Shown here: piece after piece, positions 23,980 to 28,168 of the stretch
Position numbering within the stretch: the stretch's first letter is position 1
Layout: every line of letters starts with the position of its first letter
Translations under genes and position numbers: made by a program
The notes under the pieces: generated by a model
Databases searched by the model: none
What the model saw: the letters and a program-made list of their open reading frames with translations, nothing else
Told to the model about the DNA's origin: nothing
Source of the DNA: Candidatus Auribacterota bacterium
GTDB taxonomy: Bacteria; Auribacterota; UBA6266
Reading direction: 5' to 3'
Assembly: GCA_023136205.1 (NCBI GenBank)
Contig: JAGLRQ010000051.1
Coordinates: forward strand, 1-28,168
Length of the DNA stretch: 28,168 bases

Positions 23980-24762
23980 ATGACCGGTCTCAAGGACATT
24001 AAAATAGTAGCAGCAATTCAGGCACGGATGAATTCAAAAAGGCTTCCGGGAAAGCCTTTAATGAAGATATGCGCGAAGAGTATGCTGGAGCATATTCTTG
24101 AAAGGTTATTAAAAAGCCGGTTTATCGGAACTGTATGTGTGGCTACATCTGATAATCCGAGAGATGATGAATTGGCCCGGTATCTGGAAAGCAAAGAGAT
24201 CCCATATTTCAGGGGGCCGGAAGAGGATATTGTCGGGAGGTTATATGGAACTGCTGAAAAGTTTAACGCGGAAACACTTGTAAGGGTATGGGGAGACTGT
24301 CCTCTGATTGACGTTTCAGTTATAGACAAGATGCTTGATGAATATTTCAAAAAGCAAGCTGATTACGCGACTAACAGTAGTCCTTCTTCGTATCCTTTTG
24401 GAATGAACGCGGAGGTTTACGGTTTTAAGGCATTGGAAGAAATTTTTTATGGGACAAAAGACTCTTTTTACAGAGAATTTCCGATAGAGTATATAAAAAA
24501 TAGCAAAAAACTTAAGATGATAAATGTTTTATATGAAAAAGATATTTCCGATATCAAATTAACAGTGGATTACCCGCAGGACGTAGAAGTTATTTCGAAA
24601 ATAATAAATCATTTTTTATCCACAGGAGAAAATTTAAATCTCGATAACATAATAAAATTTTATAAAAAAAACAGAGAAATATTCCGGGCGGCCGGGGATC
24701 TTCCAAGAAATGTGGAATATAAAGAGAACCTTCGTTTACGGAGTGATGAAAAAAACTTATAA
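23980..24762 (+). CDS. SpsF-type cytidylyltransferase (CTP_transf_3); candidate CMP-pseudaminic acid synthetase
   Basis: AAIQARMNSKRLPGKPL N-terminal motif and DYPQD motif of the SpsF/acylneuraminate cytidylyltransferase-like family. Its position directly after pseC is consistent with a PseF role, but the sequence type is SpsF-like rather than NeuA-like. Confidence 0.65.
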   Translation: MTGLKDIKIVAAIQARMNSKRLPGKPLMKICAKSMLEHILERLLKSRFIGTVCVATSDNPRDDELARYLESKEIPYFRGPEEDIVGRLYGTAEKFNAETLVRVWGDCPLIDVSVIDKMLDEYFKKQADYATNSSPSSYPFGMNAEVYGFKALEEIFYGTKDSFYREFPIEYIKNSKKLKMINVLYEKDISDIKLTVDYPQDVEVISKIINHFLSTGENLNLDNIIKFYKKNREIFRAAGDLPRNVEYKENLRLRSDEKNL

Positions 24763-24777
24763 AGAGGAGGCAGATAT

Positions 24778-25326
24778 ATGAAAACACCTTTTATCGTCGG
24801 AGATAAATTGTATTTAAGAGGCCTTGAGAAAGAAGATTTACTCGGCAACATGTTTAACTGGGCAAATGACTCGGAAGTTACACTTTATATGTATATGGGC
24901 CTTAAGCCGAATTCAAAAGAGCTTATGGCGCAGGAATACGACCGGATAATACACAGTGAAAAGGATATTGCTTTCGCGATTGTTGATAAAAAAACTGACG
25001 CGCATATTGGAAATATCGGACTGTATGTTATTAACTGGCTCTATCGGTCGGCGGAATATCGTATTGTTATAGGTGAAAAGGATTTTTGGAAAAAAGGTTA
25101 TGGGGCAGAAGCCGCGAAACTGGTGATAGATTACGGCTTTAATAAATTAAATCTTAATAAAATCTGGCTGGGCGTGAATTCCGAGAATAAAGCCGCGGTT
25201 AAGTCATATAAGGCCGCGGGTTTTGTTGAAGAGGGAGTTTTAAGGCAGGAAATTTATCGTAACGGCAGGTATTATGACGCGATCCGGATGAGTATTTTGA
25301 GAGAGGAATTCTATGCGAAAAAATAA
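24778..25326 (+). CDS. GNAT N-acetyltransferase (RimJ/RimL-like); candidate PseH
   Basis: 182 aa. LYLRGLEKEDLLGNMFNWANDSEV at the N-terminus, and the acetyl-CoA binding region RIVIGEKDFWKKGYGAEAAKLVIDYGF...LNKIWLGVNSENKAAVKSYKAAGF. The role (PseH versus acetylating the product of the next two genes) cannot be decided by eye. Confidence 0.65.
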   Translation: MKTPFIVGDKLYLRGLEKEDLLGNMFNWANDSEVTLYMYMGLKPNSKELMAQEYDRIIHSEKDIAFAIVDKKTDAHIGNIGLYVINWLYRSAEYRIVIGEKDFWKKGYGAEAAKLVIDYGFNKLNLNKIWLGVNSENKAAVKSYKAAGFVEEGVLRQEIYRNGRYYDAIRMSILREEFYAKK

Positions 25327-26323
25327 ATACAGGGCCGCGGTTATAGGGTGCGGGCGGATAGGTTCCGAATTTGATAGTGACCCGAAAAGAAAATATGTTT
25401 CGACACACGCGGGAGCATACAGCACGATTCCTGAGGCAGGCTTAGTGGCGGTTTGCGATGTTGATAAGGGAAAATCCGCTAAATGTGCTGAGAGATGGAA
25501 AGTACCTGCGGTATATACAGATGTAAAAAAGATGCTGAAAAAAGAAAACCTGGATGTTGTAAGTATTTGTACTCCGCCGAAAACACATTACCAGGTGTTA
25601 AAAGAAATTGTAAAGTGGCCTGTTAAAGCAGTTTTTTGTGAAAAACCGCTTGCAGGCAGTCTTGAAGAAGCTGAGAAAATGATTGCCCTGTGCAAGAAGA
25701 AACGCGTCATTCTTCAGGTTGACCACCAGCGCAGGTTTGACAGCCTTCACCAGGAGCTTAAAAAGTTTATAGATAAGAGAAAGTTTGGCGATATTCAACA
25801 GGTGAACTTTTATTATACGGCGGGTATCGGCAATACAGGTTCTCACATGTTTGATCTTTTGAGGATGTTTTTTGGCGATGTTAAATGGATAGAGGCATTT
25901 GACAGTAAAAATAAATCGCCGAACAGCAAAGACCCTAATCTGGATGGTATGATTAAGTTTAAAAGCGGTGTCCTTGGTACTTTTCAGGCGTGTGATGTTA
26001 AAAAATACCTGATGTTTGAAATGAATTGCCTGTTTGAAAAAGGAAAGGTCGTTCTAAAAAACAGCGGTTTTGATATAGAGTTCTTTGTTGTAAAAGACAG
26101 TAAATATTTTTCAGGATATAAAGAGCTTTTTAAAGGGGAAAAAACTTTTAAAACCGGATACAAAAGGAATTTTATGGTAAACGCGGTTAAGCATTTGCTT
26201 GTATGCGTAAAAAGAAAAACAGATTCAGTTTCATCCGGGTATGATGGATTTAAAGCGCAGGAACTTATCGAGAAAAGTCTTGTTTCGGCGAAGAACAGCG
26301 GAAAAAGAATATTTTTAAAATAA
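25313..26323 (+). CDS. Gfo/Idh/MocA-family NAD(P)-dependent oxidoreductase
   Basis: N-terminal Rossmann YRAAVIGCGRIGSEF, and the EKP motif (VFCEKPLAGSLEEAEKM) characteristic of the family. It overlaps the GNAT gene by 14 nt. Confidence 0.85.
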   Translation: MRKNKYRAAVIGCGRIGSEFDSDPKRKYVSTHAGAYSTIPEAGLVAVCDVDKGKSAKCAERWKVPAVYTDVKKMLKKENLDVVSICTPPKTHYQVLKEIVKWPVKAVFCEKPLAGSLEEAEKMIALCKKKRVILQVDHQRRFDSLHQELKKFIDKRKFGDIQQVNFYYTAGIGNTGSHMFDLLRMFFGDVKWIEAFDSKNKSPNSKDPNLDGMIKFKSGVLGTFQACDVKKYLMFEMNCLFEKGKVVLKNSGFDIEFFVVKDSKYFSGYKELFKGEKTFKTGYKRNFMVNAVKHLLVCVKRKTDSVSSGYDGFKAQELIEKSLVSAKNSGKRIFLK

Positions 26324-26335
26324 CAGGAGAAAGAA

Positions 26336-27622
26336 ATGGGGAAACTTGCGATAAGCGGTGGCAGCAAAGTCAGAGAAAGGCCGTTTGTGTCACACGCGAT
26401 TATAGAGGAAGAAGAAAGAAAAAGGGTTAATGAGGTTCTGGACAGTGGGATGCTTTCGGGGTTCATTGCCAATGCCGGGGAGCATTTTCTGGGAGGGAAG
26501 CAGGTAAAAGAATTTGAAACCCTTGCAAAAGATTATTTTAAAACGAAATTTGCTGTTGCCGTAAATTCAGCTACCGCGGGGCTTCATGCCGCTCTTGGGG
26601 CATGCGGAGTGGGCCCTGGTGACGAAGTTATAGTAACACCATATACAATGAGCGCTTCAGCAACCGCCATTATAATGATGAACGCTGTTCCTGTATTTGC
26701 GGATGTAGAGGAAGAGACATTTTGCCTTGAACCTCAAAAGGTGAAAGAAAAGATAACTCCAAAGACTAAAGCGATAGTTATTGTTCATCTTTTCGGCCAT
26801 GCTGCAAATATGGATGCTATTATGAAAATCGCGGAAGAACACAAGCTTTCTGTCATTGAAGACTGTGCCCAATCACCGGGAGCAGCCTATAAAGGAAAAC
26901 TTGTTGGAACAATAGGAGATATAGGGGTTTTTAGCTTAAACCAGCATAAAACTATCACTTCAGGTGAAGGCGGTTTTGCCATTACCAATGATGAAAAACT
27001 GGGCCTAAAGATGCAGCTTATAAGAAATCATGGGGAGGTTATTGTTGATAACATGGAAGTTGAAAATATAGACGGCATTGTAGGATTCAATTACAGAATG
27101 ACCGAATTGGAAGCCGCGGTAAGTATAGGCCAGTTTAGGCGCCTGGATTCTTTAAATGATCATAGAATAAAACTTGCAGAGTACCTTACTGAAAAGTTGT
27201 CTAATTTTGAAGGCCTGATTTTACCGAAAAAAAGCAATGTAGATAAGCATGTTTATTTTGTGTATCCCATAAGATTTAAAGAAGATGTCATTGGGGTGGA
27301 CCGGAATACTTTTGTGAATGCTTTAAAAGCCGAAGGCATACCTTTCGGCGCAGGGTATGTAAGGCCCATATATCTTGAACCCATGTATCAGAGGAAAACA
27401 GCTTATGGCATAAATGGCTGTCCGTTTACCTGCGGTTATTATGGCGGAGAGGCGAATTACTCTAAAGGGATTTGCCCTGTTTGTGAAAGGATGCATGAGA
27501 AAGAACTCATGTTAACAGGTGTTTGTAAGTCTCCTCATACAAAAGAAGATATTGATGATGTGGTTAAAGCTTTTGAAAAGGTGTTTCAGAACATAGATGA
27601 ATTGAAAAGTATAGAAAAATGA
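26336..27622 (+). CDS. DegT/DnrJ/EryC1/StrS-family PLP aminotransferase (second copy, 428 aa)
   Basis: KEFETLAKDYFKTKFAVAVNSATAGLHAAL, VIEDCAQSPGA, and the PLP-lysine motif SLNQHKTITSGEGG. An extra C-terminal Cys cluster is present: GCPFTCGYYGG...GICPVCE. RBS AGGAG upstream. Confidence 0.85.
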   Translation: MGKLAISGGSKVRERPFVSHAIIEEEERKRVNEVLDSGMLSGFIANAGEHFLGGKQVKEFETLAKDYFKTKFAVAVNSATAGLHAALGACGVGPGDEVIVTPYTMSASATAIIMMNAVPVFADVEEETFCLEPQKVKEKITPKTKAIVIVHLFGHAANMDAIMKIAEEHKLSVIEDCAQSPGAAYKGKLVGTIGDIGVFSLNQHKTITSGEGGFAITNDEKLGLKMQLIRNHGEVIVDNMEVENIDGIVGFNYRMTELEAAVSIGQFRRLDSLNDHRIKLAEYLTEKLSNFEGLILPKKSNVDKHVYFVYPIRFKEDVIGVDRNTFVNALKAEGIPFGAGYVRPIYLEPMYQRKTAYGINGCPFTCGYYGGEANYSKGICPVCERMHEKELMLTGVCKSPHTKEDIDDVVKAFEKVFQNIDELKSIEK

Positions 27623-28168
27623 AAACCTTGTTTCTGACTGAAGGCGGTAAAAAGATTGGTTTTGGGCATATAACCAGATGTAAAGCTCTTTCTCAGGCAC
27701 TTAATAAATTGAAACCGGGCGCGGAAATACAGTTTATCATACAGGGTAATGGATATGCCGGTGAATTCTTTAAATCCTCGAACGTATCAGTTTTTAACTG
27801 GTGTGAACAAAAGGGAAGAACTCTTAACCTTGTGAAGAATAGTGATGTTACCGTGATAGATTCGTATCTGGCGGAAAAATCTCTATATGATTTTATTTCT
27901 GAGGCGGTTTCCGGGCGATTACTTATGATAGATGATTATAACCGTATTGAATATCCCCGGGGGATAGTGGTTAACCCTTCTGTTGGCGGGGATGAGTTGG
28001 ATTATCCGAAGGAAGAGTCAACCAGCTATCTTTTAGGTAAAGATTATATAATTCTCAGAGAAGAATTCCGGGATATTCCCGAAAAAAAGATAAATACAGA
28101 AATAAAAAGGGTTTTGGTCACTTTTGGAGGTTCTGAACATGGCAAAGATTTGCAGGGTAAAGTTGTTA
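27619..28168 (+). CDS. pseG: UDP-2,4-diacetamido-2,4,6-trideoxy-beta-L-altropyranose hydrolase (PseG), 5' part only; runs off the window
   Basis: My own translation has no stop through 28168: MKTLFLTEGGKKIGFGHITRCKALSQAL...IKRVLVTFGGSEHG... The IGFGH-x-x-RC N-terminal motif and the FGGS(D/E) motif are PseG hallmarks. ATGA overlap with the upstream stop. It is absent from the ORF track because it is open-ended. Confidence 0.72.
   Translation, partial: MKTLFLTEGGKKIGFGHITRCKALSQALNKLKPGAEIQFIIQGNGYAGEFFKSSNVSVFNWCEQKGRTLNLVKNSDVTVIDSYLAEKSLYDFISEAVSGRLLMIDDYNRIEYPRGIVVNPSVGGDELDYPKEESTSYLLGKDYIILREEFRDIPEKKINTEIKRVLVTFGGSEHGKDLQGKVV

Noticed and set aside
1-28168. CRISPR arrays, toxin-antitoxin pairs, restriction-modification or other defence systems, rRNA/ncRNA genes
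   Set aside because: None was seen. There are no spaced direct repeats of CRISPR type, no nuclease/ATPase defence signatures, and every long ORF is explained by envelope or glycan functions. Small ncRNAs cannot be excluded without covariance-model searches.

Overview
AT-rich bacterial window (roughly 60% A+T by eye) holding 27 credible protein genes. All of them, from 418 to the right edge, are on the + strand, tightly packed and often start/stop-overlapped. The only minus-strand gene is a tRNA-Ala(CGC) at 219-294, which has its own terminator. The content is a diderm cell-envelope glycan super-locus. (1) An orphan exported protein and an extended-SDR sugar epimerase/dehydratase. (2) Lipid A/Kdo/heptose genes waaA, lpxK, an lpxL-like acyltransferase and a waaF-like GT9. 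This series is interrupted between waaA and lpxK by an unusual trio: an EIIA(Ntr)-CBS protein, an ArsB/NhaD-type permease and a second EIIA(Ntr)-like protein. (3) A NodU/CmcH carbamoyltransferase followed by SxtJ-like and SxtK/DUF5989-like small membrane proteins; the 52-aa SxtK-like ORF is missing from the ORF track. (4) A translationally coupled block of GT4, GT4, GT-C, Zn-ribbon SAM methyltransferase, GT-C, Ppm1/ArnC-like GT2 and a B12-binding radical SAM enzyme. (5) After the only sizeable intergenic gap, which carries 10-bp-phased TTGAY repeats, an excisionase-type HTH gene and a pseudaminic acid operon: pseB, pseC, an SpsF-type cytidylyltransferase and pseG (truncated by the window edge). 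A GNAT, Gfo/Idh/MocA oxidoreductase and DegT aminotransferase trio sits inside that operon. The most unusual non-genic structure is a GC-rich 21-nt perfect palindrome (CCTGCCTG-TTCGG-CAGGCAGG). It lies in frame at the 3' end of one GT-C gene. It occurs again, with a second copy nested at its centre, in frame inside the Ppm1-like gene. No CRISPR array, transposase, integrase or recognisable defence genes were seen. All family assignments come from motif recognition by eye and need profile searches to confirm.
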